Shown here in pieces: positions 43,823-54,238 of a DNA stretch of 64,000 nt; positions within the stretch are counted from its first letter, which is position 1, and each line of letters opens with the position of its first letter. Both the position numbers and the translations under genes were made by a program. Source of the stretch: an uncultured Planctomycetota bacterium. GTDB taxonomy: Bacteria > Planctomycetota > Phycisphaerae > Tepidisphaerales > Tepidisphaeraceae. A model generated the notes under the pieces. The model made no database searches. It saw only the letters and a list, made by a program, of their open reading frames with translations, and was not told the DNA's origin. The stretch covers positions 64,001 through 128,000 of the forward strand of contig CAWJEN010000003.1 in the NCBI GenBank assembly GCA_963841915.1, written 5' to 3'.

Positions 43823-44791
43823 TTACTTCCGCCGATCGGCGACCACCGTGGCGATGATCGCGTCCAGATCGTGCGTCGCCTCGAAACCGACCGCCGCCTT
43901 CACGCGGGACAGGTCCGGCACGCGGCGCGGCACGTCTTCGAAGCTTTGCCCATAGACCCGCTCATACGGCACCGTTTCGATGCTGCCACTGCCCACCTGA
44001 TCGACGACGCGTCGGGCGAGTTCGCCGATGGTCACCTCTTCGTCGCCGCCCACGTTGAAGACACGGCCGACGGCGGTTGGCTCGCCTAGCAGGGCGACGA
44101 GACAGCGCACGACGTCCTTGACATGGCAGAAGCATCGCGTCTGCTGCCCGTCTCCGGTGACCAGCAGCGTTTCACCGGCGATGGCTTTGTCGACGAAGCG
44201 GGGCAGCACCATGCCGTAGTGCCCGACCTGCCGCGGCCCGACCGTATTGAACAGCCGCACGACAACGGCCGGCAAATCGAACTGCTTGTGGTACGCAAGC
44301 GCGAGAAACTCGTCGATCCCCTTGGCGTAGGCGTAGCACCAGCGGGCGTGAAGCGTCGGGCCGATGGCGATATCGTCGTCTTCGCTGAACGGCACCCTCG
44401 TGCCCTTGCCGTACACCTCACTGGAGCTGGTGACGAGCACCGGCCTTCGCCAGCGGTTGCAGGCCTCCAGCACGACCTCGGTGCCGTGAACGATGGAGCG
44501 GATCGTCCGCACCGGCTCATCGGCAATGAGTTGCACACCAACGGCGGCAGCGAGATGAAAAACGGCATCACAGTCGCTGATCACCAGATTCACCGTCTGT
44601 GCATCTTCGACGGTGCCGCGGATGAGGCTGAAGCGGTCTCGCCGCTCGGGGTGCTCGAGCAGATGGCGGATGTTGTCGAGGCTGCCGGTCGTGAAGTCAT
44701 CGAGTGCGACGACACTGTGCCCGTCGGCGAGCAAATGCTCGGCGAGGTGACTGCCAATAAAGCCGGCCCCGCCGGTGATGAGGTAACGCAT
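43823..44791 (-). CDS. NAD-dependent nucleotide-sugar epimerase/dehydratase
   Basis: TGGAGFIGSH, HLAAAVG, SSSEVYG, YAYAK, FNTVGPRQ. Confidence 0.93.
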   Translation of the reverse strand: MRYLITGGAGFIGSHLAEHLLADGHSVVALDDFTTGSLDNIRHLLEHPERRDRFSLIRGTVEDAQTVNLVISDCDAVFHLAAAVGVQLIADEPVRTIRSIVHGTEVVLEACNRWRRPVLVTSSSEVYGKGTRVPFSEDDDIAIGPTLHARWCYAYAKGIDEFLALAYHKQFDLPAVVVRLFNTVGPRQVGHYGMVLPRFVDKAIAGETLLVTGDGQQTRCFCHVKDVVRCLVALLGEPTAVGRVFNVGGDEEVTIGELARRVVDQVGSGSIETVPYERVYGQSFEDVPRRVPDLSRVKAAVGFEATHDLDAIIATVVADRRK

Positions 44792-44818
44792 CGTTTGCGA
44801 CGGTACGGCCTTGACCTT

Positions 44819-46210
44819 CTACGTCAGGTCGTACTCCTTGATCTTGCGATACAACGTCCGCTCGCCGATGCCAAGGATCTTGGCGGCCCGCTCGCGGTTG
44901 CCTTCGGTGAGCTTGAGCGTGTTGCGGATGAGTTCGACCTCGGCCTGTTCAATGGAGATGCCGACAAGGCCATCGATGCCGCCGGCGTCGGACGTGGTGG
45001 GGCGGGTGGCTAGCTCCGGAGGCAGCGCGTCGGCGTCGAGCGTGTCGCCCGTCGTCATGACGATCATGTTATCGACTGCGCTCTTGAGTTGACGCACATT
45101 GCCCTGCCAGCTCGCAGCCATGAAGGCCTGCTGTACCTCCGGGGCGATCTTGTCGATCTCGCGCCCGTACTGCTCTGCGGCCCGGCGGACGAAAAAGTGC
45201 AACAGCAGCGGAATGTCTTCGCGTCGCTCCCGCAACGGTGGCAATTGCAGCGTCACGCCTTTGATACGGAAATACAGGTCCTCGCGAAAGTCTCGATCCG
45301 CGACCATCTTCTCGATGTCACGGTTCGTGGCCGAGACGATGCGGACGTCGACCTGCCGCGGTTCATTGTCTCCAAGGCGGACGACCTCGCCGTTCTCCAA
45401 GACGCGCAGCAGCTTGGCCTGCATCGAGGCCGGCATGTCACCGATCTCGTCGAGGAACAGCGTGCCGCCGTCTGCGTGTTCGAAGCGGCCGGGGCGGTCG
45501 GACTGTGCTCCGGTGAAAGCGCCCTTGACATGGCCAAACAGCTCGTCTTCGAGAATACTCTCGCTCAGGCCGGCACAATTAAGGGCGACGAGCCGCTGCT
45601 TTCTGCGATCGCTGTGATTGTGGATCGCCCGGGAGACGAGCTCTTTGCCCGTCCCGCTCTCACCGAGAATAAGAACGGGAATCTGGCTCCGTGCGACCTG
45701 CTTTGCCGTCTGGACGATCCGCTTGATCGCCGGTGAGTTGCCGACGATGCCTTCGAAGCCGCTGTCTTCGACGGAAATTTCAGCCAGCTCTACCTCGAGT
45801 GCCTGGTTGCGGCGACGCAGCTTCGCCTTCTCCGCCGCCCGGCCGACTTGGGCACGAAAGTCGTCAAGGTCGAGCGGCTTGGTGATGTAGTCGTAGACGC
45901 CCTCGCGAATCGCCTCCTTGCTCGTCGGCACGTCGTTGACCGCTGTCACCAGAATCACCGGCGGCGGTTCTTCGAGCGCTCGCGCCGTCTTCAGCACTTC
46001 AAGCCCATCGCGGTCGTTGTCCATCCGCAGATCGGTCACGACGACGTCGTACCGCTTGCGCTTGAGGAACTTCTGAGCGTCTTCCAGCGAGTGGCCGATG
46101 TCGCAGTCGCACTTTTGACGCTGAAGCGCCTCACACATGACTTCTGCGTGGTCGACTTCGTCGTCAATCACCAGCACCCGCGTCGGTCGCTCGTCACCTG
46201 TATCTGCCAT
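44819..46210 (-). CDS. Sigma54-dependent response regulator (NtrC family)
   Basis: REC domain (DD..TDLRM..KP), [20 protein letters not shown], Fis-type HTH. Confidence 0.96.
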   Translation of the reverse strand: MADTGDERPTRVLVIDDEVDHAEVMCEALQRQKCDCDIGHSLEDAQKFLKRKRYDVVVTDLRMDNDRDGLEVLKTARALEEPPPVILVTAVNDVPTSKEAIREGVYDYITKPLDLDDFRAQVGRAAEKAKLRRRNQALEVELAEISVEDSGFEGIVGNSPAIKRIVQTAKQVARSQIPVLILGESGTGKELVSRAIHNHSDRRKQRLVALNCAGLSESILEDELFGHVKGAFTGAQSDRPGRFEHADGGTLFLDEIGDMPASMQAKLLRVLENGEVVRLGDNEPRQVDVRIVSATNRDIEKMVADRDFREDLYFRIKGVTLQLPPLRERREDIPLLLHFFVRRAAEQYGREIDKIAPEVQQAFMAASWQGNVRQLKSAVDNMIVMTTGDTLDADALPPELATRPTTSDAGGIDGLVGISIEQAEVELIRNTLKLTEGNRERAAKILGIGERTLYRKIKEYDLT

Positions 46211-46237
46211 GCGTCGTAGAGCCTATCGCACCAACGG

Positions 46238-46267
46238 AGGACGCCGAAGCACAAGCCTCGGCGTCCT
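46238..46267. terminator. Hairpin downstream of the PEP-CTERM gene
   Basis: AGGACGCCGA...TCGGCGTCCT. Confidence 0.5.
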
Positions 46268-46286
46268 TGAAGATCTCTGGATGGTT

Positions 46287-47154
46287 CTAGCGACGACGAC
46301 GAAGCATCGCCAAGCCGACGAGGCCGAGCGTCGCGACGCTGGTCGGCTCCGGAACGACTGCAAATTGCAGCCCCGACAAACCGCCGAAGAAGTTGTCGTC
46401 GACTGTCGTGCCGATGGTCGTTGCAGTCGCCCGTGGCCGGGTCGATGGTGTACAGATTGTTGGTGCCGTTGAAATCACCGTCGGCGAAGTAGAGCGTGCC
46501 GTCGGAGTCAAAGTCGAGCCCACCGACGAGGCCGAAGGCCTGCGGAACGGTGACGGACGAGACGACGCCTGCGGTTGCTATATCAACTTCAACGAGGAAG
46601 GCCTGAGTCGGAACAGCCTGCACGGTGACGTCAACGAGATACAGCGAGCCGCTGTCATCGAAGGCGAGGCCTGCCGCGTTGGAGACACCCGGGATCGTGC
46701 CGACGGGGGTGCCTGCACCGGTGGCGACGTCGATCGTAAAGAGCGTCGAGACGCCATTCGTGTTGGAGACGCCGAAAAGATCTCCGTTCGCATTGAAGTC
46801 GAGGTCGCCTTCAAAAATCTCAAAGCCGATGTCACCGACGACGGCGGTTGTGCCGGTGGCCGGATCGATGGTGAGCAGCTGCGAAGCGGCAGGCTGGCCG
46901 TTGACAGTCGCAAGCGGATCGGTAAGCGAGTAGAGCGTGCCGTCAGCCGCCTGCGTCAGGCCGAGCAGGCCGGTACTACCGGTGAAGCGGGCGTTTGTGG
47001 CGGCACCAGTGGTGGTGTCAACGTCGAACAGCCGGGCCTCGCGACCGCCGAAGCTGCCGTCGCGAAACTCGACGCCGAGCAGCTGGGTTTGAGCCGCGGC
47101 AGTACCAGCGGCAAGGGTGAGGGACAGGACGGTGTACTTGATGGTGTTGTGCAT
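46287..47154 (-). CDS. PEP-CTERM protein with beta-propeller-like repeats; one frameshift near 46428
   Basis: Signal peptide; repeats L.TID.ATG and GL.FD..G.LY; VPEPTSVATLGLVGLAMLRRRR lies in the adjacent frame. Confidence 0.85.
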
Positions 47155-47189
47155 AATGCTCCCGGTGAGGGGTCATTCAATGTAGCAGT

Positions 47190-47501
47190 TCAATCAAGAG
47201 CCGCGGCTAGCGAAAGCTTGACGACCTTGGCTGCGTCTGATCGAAGAACGACGTGCTCGTCCTGACGACGCCATACGCCTTGCTCGACCCGTCTTACCTC
47301 GCCACGGCCGTCACTGATCGGGCCTTCGTACATCAGGTATCGCCGCCGATGGTCTGGCAGCACTTCGAACCGCGTTTCCTCTGTCGGCGGCCACTCGTAG
47401 ACCCGCCACGTCTTCAGGTCAGCGTCAGTCGAGACCTCAAGCATCAGGTCGAAGTGCGGCTCGCCGAAGCCAATGTGACGGAGGACGACGAAGCGATACA
47501 C
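47190..47501 (-). CDS. Stand-alone LigD N-terminal phosphoesterase-like protein
   Basis: RFVVLRH...HFDLMLE...LKTW...DH..YL.YEG.I...G.V. Confidence 0.75.
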   Translation of the reverse strand: MYRFVVLRHIGFGEPHFDLMLEVSTDADLKTWRVYEWPPTEETRFEVLPDHRRRYLMYEGPISDGRGEVRRVEQGVWRRQDEHVVLRSDAAKVVKLSLAAALD

Positions 47502-47503
47502 GT

Positions 47504-47851
47504 TTAAGCGGTAGGCACGAACTTCTCCATCAGCGACGTCGGCATCAGACTGAAGAACGAGAACGCGGCGCCCGGAGCGCCTAGGAGGGCAGCTCCCATG
47601 AAAAAGATGCCCGCTCCGCTGCCGGTGCGTCGTCGACGAATCCGAGGGCTGACGTCATTCCCGCCGTACTGCTCGATCCGTTGCACGTTGTCCTGTCGGA
47701 TCTCTATGCCGGTACTGACGCATTTGTAGCTGCCGTACATCAGAGCGAGGCCAAGTAAGAGCATGCTCAAACGGCTCACCGCCGTCTTCCACACTGGATC
47801 GTTCTGTTCCTGAGCTAGCGGTTGCCACGCCACGCGTTGCGTTCTACGCAA
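47504..47851 (-). CDS. Small hypothetical membrane protein (two TM segments); start uncertain
   Basis: Fills the gap between co-oriented genes; two hydrophobic segments. Confidence 0.5.
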   Translation of the reverse strand: MRRTQRVAWQPLAQEQNDPVWKTAVSRLSMLLLGLALMYGSYKCVSTGIEIRQDNVQRIEQYGGNDVSPRIRRRRTGSGAGIFFMGAALLGAPGAAFSFFSLMPTSLMEKFVPTA

Positions 47852-48920
47852 TCAGCACTGGCGGTGCAACGTACTCGCTTCGCACGGGCTCTCCGTTGTT
47901 GATGCTGCTCTTGAGATCGCACGCGTGGCTCTCCGGCGGCAGGTCGAAGTCGTTCTCGTACAGCTCGTGCAGTTGATCCAGCTCTGCACCAGACAGGTCC
48001 GGCATCTCAGCAGCGGCGACCACTTCGTCGACCTCCTGCTCGTTCAGCAGCGTGGCTGTGATGGTCGTCACGGCCGGCTGTTGAAGGAGCCACTTGCAGG
48101 CGAACTGGTGCACGGTCATGTCGCGGGCCTCGAAGATCGGGCGAATGGCCTCGACCTTCTGCGGGCCAAAGACGCGCCAGCTCGCGTCGCGGAACTTGCG
48201 GTGGTCGTTCTGCTCGAGCTTCGTGTCTTTCTTGATGACGCCTTTGAGTACGCCCGAATTATCCTGCACGCGGGCCATCAAACCGGCCCGCTTGGCGACG
48301 GCCATTTCGCCAAGTTCGCGGGCCGGGTGCTGCTCGAGGTAGTTGTACACCGTCTGCACCGCCTTGGCCCCGTGCTTCTCAATGGCCTCGAAGCCTTCCT
48401 CGCGCCAGCCGATGGCGGGGCCGAGGGAAACGCCCCACGTTTTGATCTTGCCTTCGGCCTGCACCTTGTCGAGCTCTGCGAACATGTCGTCGCGGAACTG
48501 CGGCAGCTTGATGTTGTGGGCGACATACACGTCGATGCAGTCGACGCCGAGTCGCTTCAGTGAGTGCTCGAGCGCCTTCCGCATGAAGGTCGGCGAAAAG
48601 TCCTGCAGGCGTTCCTTGTGGCTGCCTGGAGTGCCAGGATCCGTGTAGAAGTCATACCCGAACTTGCCGCCGATCTGGATGGCGTCACGCCTGGTGCTGT
48701 CGAGCGTTTTGAGCCAGTTGCCGAAGAGCGTCTCTGCCCGGCCGTTGCCGTAGGCGTCGCCGTTGTCGAAGAAGGTGACGCCCTTGTCGAGGGCGTGGCT
48801 GCAAAGCCGGTCGCAGTCGTCCTGCTCGCGATGGCCCCACCAGTCGACGCCGAAGATCCAGCAGCCGAGGCTAATGGGACTGACGGAGACGTCACTGTTG
48901 CCGAAGGTGCGTTGTTCCAC
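47844..48920 (-). CDS. Aldo/keto reductase
   Basis: VSPISLGCW, FFDNGDAYGNGRAE, SLKRLGVDCID, GKIKTWGVS. Confidence 0.92.
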   Translation of the reverse strand: MEQRTFGNSDVSVSPISLGCWIFGVDWWGHREQDDCDRLCSHALDKGVTFFDNGDAYGNGRAETLFGNWLKTLDSTRRDAIQIGGKFGYDFYTDPGTPGSHKERLQDFSPTFMRKALEHSLKRLGVDCIDVYVAHNIKLPQFRDDMFAELDKVQAEGKIKTWGVSLGPAIGWREEGFEAIEKHGAKAVQTVYNYLEQHPARELGEMAVAKRAGLMARVQDNSGVLKGVIKKDTKLEQNDHRKFRDASWRVFGPQKVEAIRPIFEARDMTVHQFACKWLLQQPAVTTITATLLNEQEVDEVVAAAEMPDLSGAELDQLHELYENDFDLPPESHACDLKSSINNGEPVRSEYVAPPVLIA

Positions 48921-49078
48921 GTGGAACCATAGCGGCCGACGCTTCGGCACCAGCAAGGTTTCCACACGCTTCATGCGGCAAAAAGCCTTGCCCATGCTTG
49001 GATTTGCTGTAATACTACACGTCCCACCTGGCCGGTTCCCGCCGGCCGCACCCGCAGATTCCTCTGCAAGGAGACATT

Positions 49079-50629
49079 ATGAATTGCAACACTTCAGTTG
49101 TTTTGCCCGTTTTGAGCGTCGCGGCCTCCTTCGGTCTTGCGTCTATTGCTCAAGCGCAGCAGTACGACGTCATACTCGAAAGCGGCCTAAACCCGGAGTT
49201 CCGGAGCTTCGGCGGCGTCGTGATCAACGACAATGGTCAGATCGCTCTGTCGACGCGTGACTTGACTGGAGCGGGCAGCCGCACGCAGCTCCTCCTCATC
49301 CAGCCGGACGGGACGATTGAGCGTTTAGTGAGCGAGGGTGACGTTGCCCCGGATGGCAACGGAACGCTCTTCAGCACCTTTTCACGATTTGATTCGGGAT
49401 TGGCGCTCAACAACAACGGTCAGGTTGCGCTCGTCACGCGTTACGAGACGTCACCCGAGAACCGCGATCGGGCCATCATTCTGGCCGACGCAACGGGCGT
49501 CCAGCTCATAGCTCGCACCGGCCAGGCGGCCGGGGACGGTTTAGAGTTTCAAATTGGCGAGGAGATCAACGGCAGCATCGGCAGCACAGTCAACGTCGAC
49601 GACCCGGTGCTGAATGATCTCGGGCAGATTGCGTTTCGTGATCGCCTGACGTCGTCGAGCCTGCCCTTTCAACCCCGCGCAGTATTCGCCGCTGAAGGTG
49701 TCGGGCTCCGGCAGGTCTTGATCGAGACTTCTTCGTCCCCGGTGCCTTCGATCTCTGGAGGGGTGGGTGAGCCACAGATCAACAACCTTGGCGAGATCTT
49801 CGTTAAGTTTGAGGAGCGAACCCAGCCGTTCCTCCCGCCGCTGCCTTCGCTGCTGGTGGACAACGGCGGTTCCCAAAGCATCGTCTACGGGCCGGGTACG
49901 CCACTGCCCGATGGATCGACGGCCGTGAGCTTCTTCAGCTTCGATGCCGCCCAAGAAGGCGGGATTGGACTCCGCGGCTTTACGACGACCGATGATCCGG
50001 CCAGCCGTCTCGCCGTCACCTATGGAACGTCGGCGGGCCTCGACATCCTGTCTCGAACCGGCGAGCCGCTTGCGGCGGGTGGTGAGTTGCTGTCGAACGT
50101 GCTAAGCGGCAGGTTGGAAGCTAACAACGTCGGTGGCGTGGCATTTGTCGGAGCCATCGGTGGAGTTCCCGATTCGCCGCCCGGAACCACTGACTTCAAC
50201 GGGCTCTTCGTTGCCGATGACAATGGCCTCACCGAGATTGCCCGGCACGGCACGGTCTTGCCCGACGGCAACGTGATCGAGAGCTTTAATCGCGTTACGA
50301 TCAACGATCTGGGCCAAGTCGCGTTCGAGGTGCGGTTCGACGTCGCTGGCGGACCGTCTTCGTTCGAGTTGGGCCTCTACTTCTTCGATCCGCAGTCGGG
50401 CACCTTCCCCGTCGTCAGCACGGTCTCCGACCTCTTCGGTAGCGAAGTTTTTGGATACAATTTCTCTGGCGGCACCAGCCAGGGTGGTGGCCTGAACAAC
50501 AATGGGGAGCTGGTGTTCCGCTACCTCCTGGAGGATTCTCGCGAAGGTGTTGCCGTCTTCACGATCCCAGAGCCGTCGCTGGCGCTGGTTATCGGCCCAA
50601 TGCTGCTTCTGGCGAGGCGTCGCCGTTAA
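49079..50629 (+). CDS. PEP-CTERM protein with NxxGxxAF-type tandem repeats
   Basis: Seven repeats (e.g. INDNGQIAL, LNDLGQIAF, INDLGQVAF); C-terminal IPEPSLALVIGPMLLLARRRR. Confidence 0.88.
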   Translation: MNCNTSVVLPVLSVAASFGLASIAQAQQYDVILESGLNPEFRSFGGVVINDNGQIALSTRDLTGAGSRTQLLLIQPDGTIERLVSEGDVAPDGNGTLFSTFSRFDSGLALNNNGQVALVTRYETSPENRDRAIILADATGVQLIARTGQAAGDGLEFQIGEEINGSIGSTVNVDDPVLNDLGQIAFRDRLTSSSLPFQPRAVFAAEGVGLRQVLIETSSSPVPSISGGVGEPQINNLGEIFVKFEERTQPFLPPLPSLLVDNGGSQSIVYGPGTPLPDGSTAVSFFSFDAAQEGGIGLRGFTTTDDPASRLAVTYGTSAGLDILSRTGEPLAAGGELLSNVLSGRLEANNVGGVAFVGAIGGVPDSPPGTTDFNGLFVADDNGLTEIARHGTVLPDGNVIESFNRVTINDLGQVAFEVRFDVAGGPSSFELGLYFFDPQSGTFPVVSTVSDLFGSEVFGYNFSGGTSQGGGLNNNGELVFRYLLEDSREGVAVFTIPEPSLALVIGPMLLLARRRR

Positions 50630-50641
50630 GTGTTGGCGGTC

Positions 50642-50657
50642 TGGCACAGCATGTGCA
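50642..50657 (+). promoter_or_regulatory. Candidate sigma54 (-24/-12) promoter
   Basis: TGGCAC-AGCAT-GTGCA with GG-N10-GC spacing. Confidence 0.5.
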
Positions 50658-50668
50658 ACGCGACAGGC

Positions 50669-51097
50669 ATGACCGACGAACTAAACGACCTCATCACCAC
50701 GTCCCTCGACGGCGTCCACGGCTATAAGCAGGCCGCTGAGCATGCGAGCGATGCGACGCTCAAAAGCCTCTTCACCGACTACGCCAGCCAGCGGAGCACG
50801 TTTGCAAGCGAGCTTCAGACGCTCGTGAGCCAGATGGGCGGCACGCCGACCGATACGGGTAGCGTCGCCGCTGCGTTCCACCGCGGCTGGATCGGCCTCA
50901 AAGATGCCGTCACGAGCGGCGACAAGGGCATCCTCGCCGAGTGCGTCCGCGGCGAAGAGCACGCCGTCAAAGACTACCAATCGATCCTCGGCAGCAACGA
51001 CGTCACACCCGCAATCAAGACGCTGCTCAGCCAGCAGCATGGCCAAATTGATCAGGCCCTAACACACATGAAGATGCTGCACGGCAAGATGGCTTAG
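50669..51097 (+). CDS. PA2169/DUF2383 four-helix-bundle protein
   Basis: LNDLI...DG..GY..AAE, GS.AAAFHRGW..LK, L.EC.RGEE.A..DY. Confidence 0.88.
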   Translation: MTDELNDLITTSLDGVHGYKQAAEHASDATLKSLFTDYASQRSTFASELQTLVSQMGGTPTDTGSVAAAFHRGWIGLKDAVTSGDKGILAECVRGEEHAVKDYQSILGSNDVTPAIKTLLSQQHGQIDQALTHMKMLHGKMA

Positions 51098-51122
51098 GGT
51101 AGTTCGTCATGTTCAGCCTAAC

Positions 51123-51161
51123 GCGGGCCGAGCCACGTCTGTGGATCGGCCCGCTTCGTTT
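51123..51161 (+). terminator. Intrinsic terminator
   Basis: GCGGGCCGA..CCAC-GTCT-GTGG..TCGGCCCGC then TTCGTTT. Confidence 0.7.
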
Positions 51162-51168
51162 CGTCGCC

Positions 51169-52173
51169 TCAGAACGTCATTTCCGCAGACTCCAGGGTAT
51201 CCCCGTCGATTGCCCGCAACGTCGCGGTCACGGTGCGTTTGCTCCAGTCAATTTCCAAAGCTCCAAAGTTTGGGCGTAAATGCATGTCGCCGATGCGAAA
51301 GCGATTGGGCTCGCCGGCCGCGTCTCCGCCTCGGGGCTGATTCAGAGCACTTGATGTGACGTCGAGTACCGTCAGGTTGTCGTGGGTAGTGCGACTGATC
51401 TCCCCACTGTGGCGGTCGCCGCTGAAAATGATCGACGCTCCGCCTGCTTGGCCGAGCAAGTCGAGCAGGCGCTCTTGGTCGGCCGGGTGGTTCGCCCACT
51501 TTTCGAAACGGTGCTCGTTTGCCAACACCTGGATGCTGGAGCAGACGATGCGAAGCTCTGCCGGCTCGGCAAGTTGTGCCTCGAGCCACGCCCACTGCTC
51601 TTCGCCCAGCACCGTCGCGAGCGGGTCGGCCGTCGGGATGTATGACTTCTTCTTAGCTGTTGGATCACGCTCGAGCGGACTGCGGAAGTACCGCGTGTCG
51701 AGTAGCAGAAACTGCACCCGCTGACCGTCCGGCCCGACGGTGACGGCGTCGTAGTTACCCGCCCGCTGCCGGCGGGGCGAGTCGACGGGCTCGCCAACGG
51801 CATCGAGCATGATCGTCTTCGCCCGCTCCTTGAACGGCCACTCTCGGCCAGCGTCGTTGAGGCCGTAGTCGTGGTCGTCCCACACCCACAGCACGCGCGA
51901 CGACGCGATCAACCGTTGAACTTCCGGCTTGGCGAGCAGGTCGGCGTACGCCTGCGTCATCTCCGCCGCGTTGTCGGTGTCGGCGTAGACGTTGTCGCCG
52001 AGAAAGATGAAGACATCGGGCTCGAAGGCAGCCACTGTCGCCAGAATGGGCACCGGTTGCGTTTCGCGGATGCACGACCCGAAAGCGATGCGTTCAACCG
52101 CTTGCGGGTGCGATGCCGGAGCAAGCAAGAGGCACAGCAGGGCGACGAGCATGGCGAACCGTAGTAGCGACAT
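51169..52173 (-). CDS. phoD: PhoD-family alkaline phosphatase
   Basis: IAFGSC, GDNVYAD, WDDHDYG.ND, LDTRYFR, LGEEQW.WL, SGDRH. Confidence 0.92.
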   Translation of the reverse strand: MSLLRFAMLVALLCLLLAPASHPQAVERIAFGSCIRETQPVPILATVAAFEPDVFIFLGDNVYADTDNAAEMTQAYADLLAKPEVQRLIASSRVLWVWDDHDYGLNDAGREWPFKERAKTIMLDAVGEPVDSPRRQRAGNYDAVTVGPDGQRVQFLLLDTRYFRSPLERDPTAKKKSYIPTADPLATVLGEEQWAWLEAQLAEPAELRIVCSSIQVLANEHRFEKWANHPADQERLLDLLGQAGGASIIFSGDRHSGEISRTTHDNLTVLDVTSSALNQPRGGDAAGEPNRFRIGDMHLRPNFGALEIDWSKRTVTATLRAIDGDTLESAEMTF

Positions 52174-52248
52174 CGCACAGGGCTCTGAACGCCTCTACAC
52201 TGCCGCCCCCACATTCGAACCCACCAGCTACTCACTACTCAGAATCAC

Positions 52249-53457
52249 ATGGCAGGCAACGCAGTCATCGGCCAAAGCGGCGGTCCCACCAGCGTCATCA
52301 ACCAGTCGCTCGTCGGCGTCATCCAAGCTGCCCGGTCGGCAGGTCATATCGACAAGCTCTTCGGCGCGCGCCACGGCGTTCGTGGCGTGCTCAACGATGA
52401 CTTCATCGACCTCAGCGACATCGGTGACGACCTGCTCGAACGCATCGCCGCCACGCCCAGCAGCGCGCTTGGCTCGACGCGGGACAAACCCGACGAAGAT
52501 TACTGCCGCAGCTTGTTCGGCAAGCTCAAAGAAAAGAACGTCAAGTACTTCTTCTACGTCGGCGGAAACGACTCTGCCGACACCGCACGCATCGTTCGCG
52601 AAGTCGCCAAGGAAGACGGCTACGACCTGCACGTCTACCACGTGCCTAAGACGATTGACAATGACCTGCGCGTTCACGACCACACGCCCGGCTTCGGCTC
52701 TGCCGCCAAATTCGTCGCGGCGGCCATGATCGGTGACGACTTCGACAACCGGAGCCTGCCGGGCATTAAGATTGACGTCATCATGGGTCGCCACGCCGGC
52801 TTCCTGACGGCCGCATCGGCACTGGCTCGCGTCGCGCCCAACAGCGGACCACACCTCATCTTCGTGCCCGAGAAGCCGGTGAGCGAGGACGACTTCGCCG
52901 CCGCCGTCGAGAAGGTGTACCAGAAGGAAGGCCGCTGCCTCATCGCCGCCAGTGAGGGCATTACCGCCCCCGACGGCAAGACCTTCGCCGAGCACATGGC
53001 CGACGATCTCGAACGCGACGCACACGGCAACATCCAGCTCTCCGGCACCGGTGCACTTGGCGATTACCTGGCCTCGATCGTCACGAAGAAGCTTCAGACG
53101 CCCGGCGGTAAGAAGCTTCGCGTACGTGCCGACACGTTCGGCTACCTGCAGCGGTCGTTTGCCGGCTTCGTCAGCGAGACCGACGCCGAAGAAGCCCGCC
53201 GCGTCGGCCGCATGGCCGTTGAGTATTCCGCCGATCCGGCCAACGAGCAGGGCAGCGTGGTCATGACGCGTAAGCCAGGTGCCGAGTACGCCGTCGACAC
53301 GCATCTCGAGCCGATCGAGAACGTCGCCCGTCTGACCAAGCACATGGCCGACGAGTTCCTGACGGACGATCACGACGTGACGGACGCTTGGCTCGACTAC
53401 GTCCGCCCGCTCGCCGGAAAGCTCCCGACGGTCGGCACGTTCGACGAGTTGAAGTGA
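52249..53457 (+). CDS. 6-phosphofructokinase, probably PPi-dependent
   Basis: QSGGPTSVIN, GGNDS, PKTIDND, MGRHAG, GYLQRS. Confidence 0.92.
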   Translation: MAGNAVIGQSGGPTSVINQSLVGVIQAARSAGHIDKLFGARHGVRGVLNDDFIDLSDIGDDLLERIAATPSSALGSTRDKPDEDYCRSLFGKLKEKNVKYFFYVGGNDSADTARIVREVAKEDGYDLHVYHVPKTIDNDLRVHDHTPGFGSAAKFVAAAMIGDDFDNRSLPGIKIDVIMGRHAGFLTAASALARVAPNSGPHLIFVPEKPVSEDDFAAAVEKVYQKEGRCLIAASEGITAPDGKTFAEHMADDLERDAHGNIQLSGTGALGDYLASIVTKKLQTPGGKKLRVRADTFGYLQRSFAGFVSETDAEEARRVGRMAVEYSADPANEQGSVVMTRKPGAEYAVDTHLEPIENVARLTKHMADEFLTDDHDVTDAWLDYVRPLAGKLPTVGTFDELK

Positions 53458-54230
53458 CGACGCCTGACCCGCAGCCGGCTCAGGCTACAGATCCGTTGAG
53501 CTGGGACAGCATCGTTCAGCCCGGCGTTCGCGCGCTCAAGAGCAACTGGCGGCCGTTCGTCCTGATTCAGGTCGTCGCGGCGGCCTGTGTCGTCGCGTAT
53601 TATAACTTCGGGGCCGTCCGGGACGCCTTCGACTGGCTCGGCACGATCAAGATGACGTACGGCTACGTCGCCAGCGGAATCGCAGCATCGTTTGCCGGCG
53701 CTTTACTGCCTGAACTGGCCAAGGCGCTGAGCCAGCCCGGCTACCGCCTGAGGGGCCGTGGTGAAGAGTTGACGTATCTGCTCATTTTCTTCTTCTTCAA
53801 CGGCATCGTTGTCGACGCCTTCTATCGCACGCTCGGCATGATCGTCGGGACCGGCAGCGACTTTGGTACGGCGTTCATCAAGATGCTCGTCGACATGTTG
53901 GTGTTCACGCCGCTTCTGGTGTTGCCGCTCGTCATGCTCGGATTCGCTTGGCGGCGGCACAGCTACAAGGTCAAGCCCGTCGCGCAAGAGCTCGCCCGAC
54001 ATGGCATCGGCGGCTGGTACGCGCGGCGGGTTGCACCCGTCTTGCTTCCCGATTGGGCCTTCTGGGCACCGATGGTCTTACTGATCTACTCGATGCCGCC
54101 CTCGCTTCAGGTCATCTTGTTCGCATTAGCGCTCGCCGCCTGGTCGCTTGTGATGGTCTTCATCGGCAACGAGGAATTGCCTCCCGAAGCGCAAGCAGAA
54201 CCCGGCGTGCTGGCGGTTACGGAGGACTAA
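53454..54230 (+). CDS. Membrane protein, Mpv17/PMP22-like
   Basis: KMLVDMLVFTP and W.FW.P...IYS.P..LQ patterns; GTGA overlap with the pfk stop. Confidence 0.6.
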   Translation: MTTPDPQPAQATDPLSWDSIVQPGVRALKSNWRPFVLIQVVAAACVVAYYNFGAVRDAFDWLGTIKMTYGYVASGIAASFAGALLPELAKALSQPGYRLRGRGEELTYLLIFFFFNGIVVDAFYRTLGMIVGTGSDFGTAFIKMLVDMLVFTPLLVLPLVMLGFAWRRHSYKVKPVAQELARHGIGGWYARRVAPVLLPDWAFWAPMVLLIYSMPPSLQVILFALALAAWSLVMVFIGNEELPPEAQAEPGVLAVTED

Positions 54231-54238
54231 ACCCCTCA

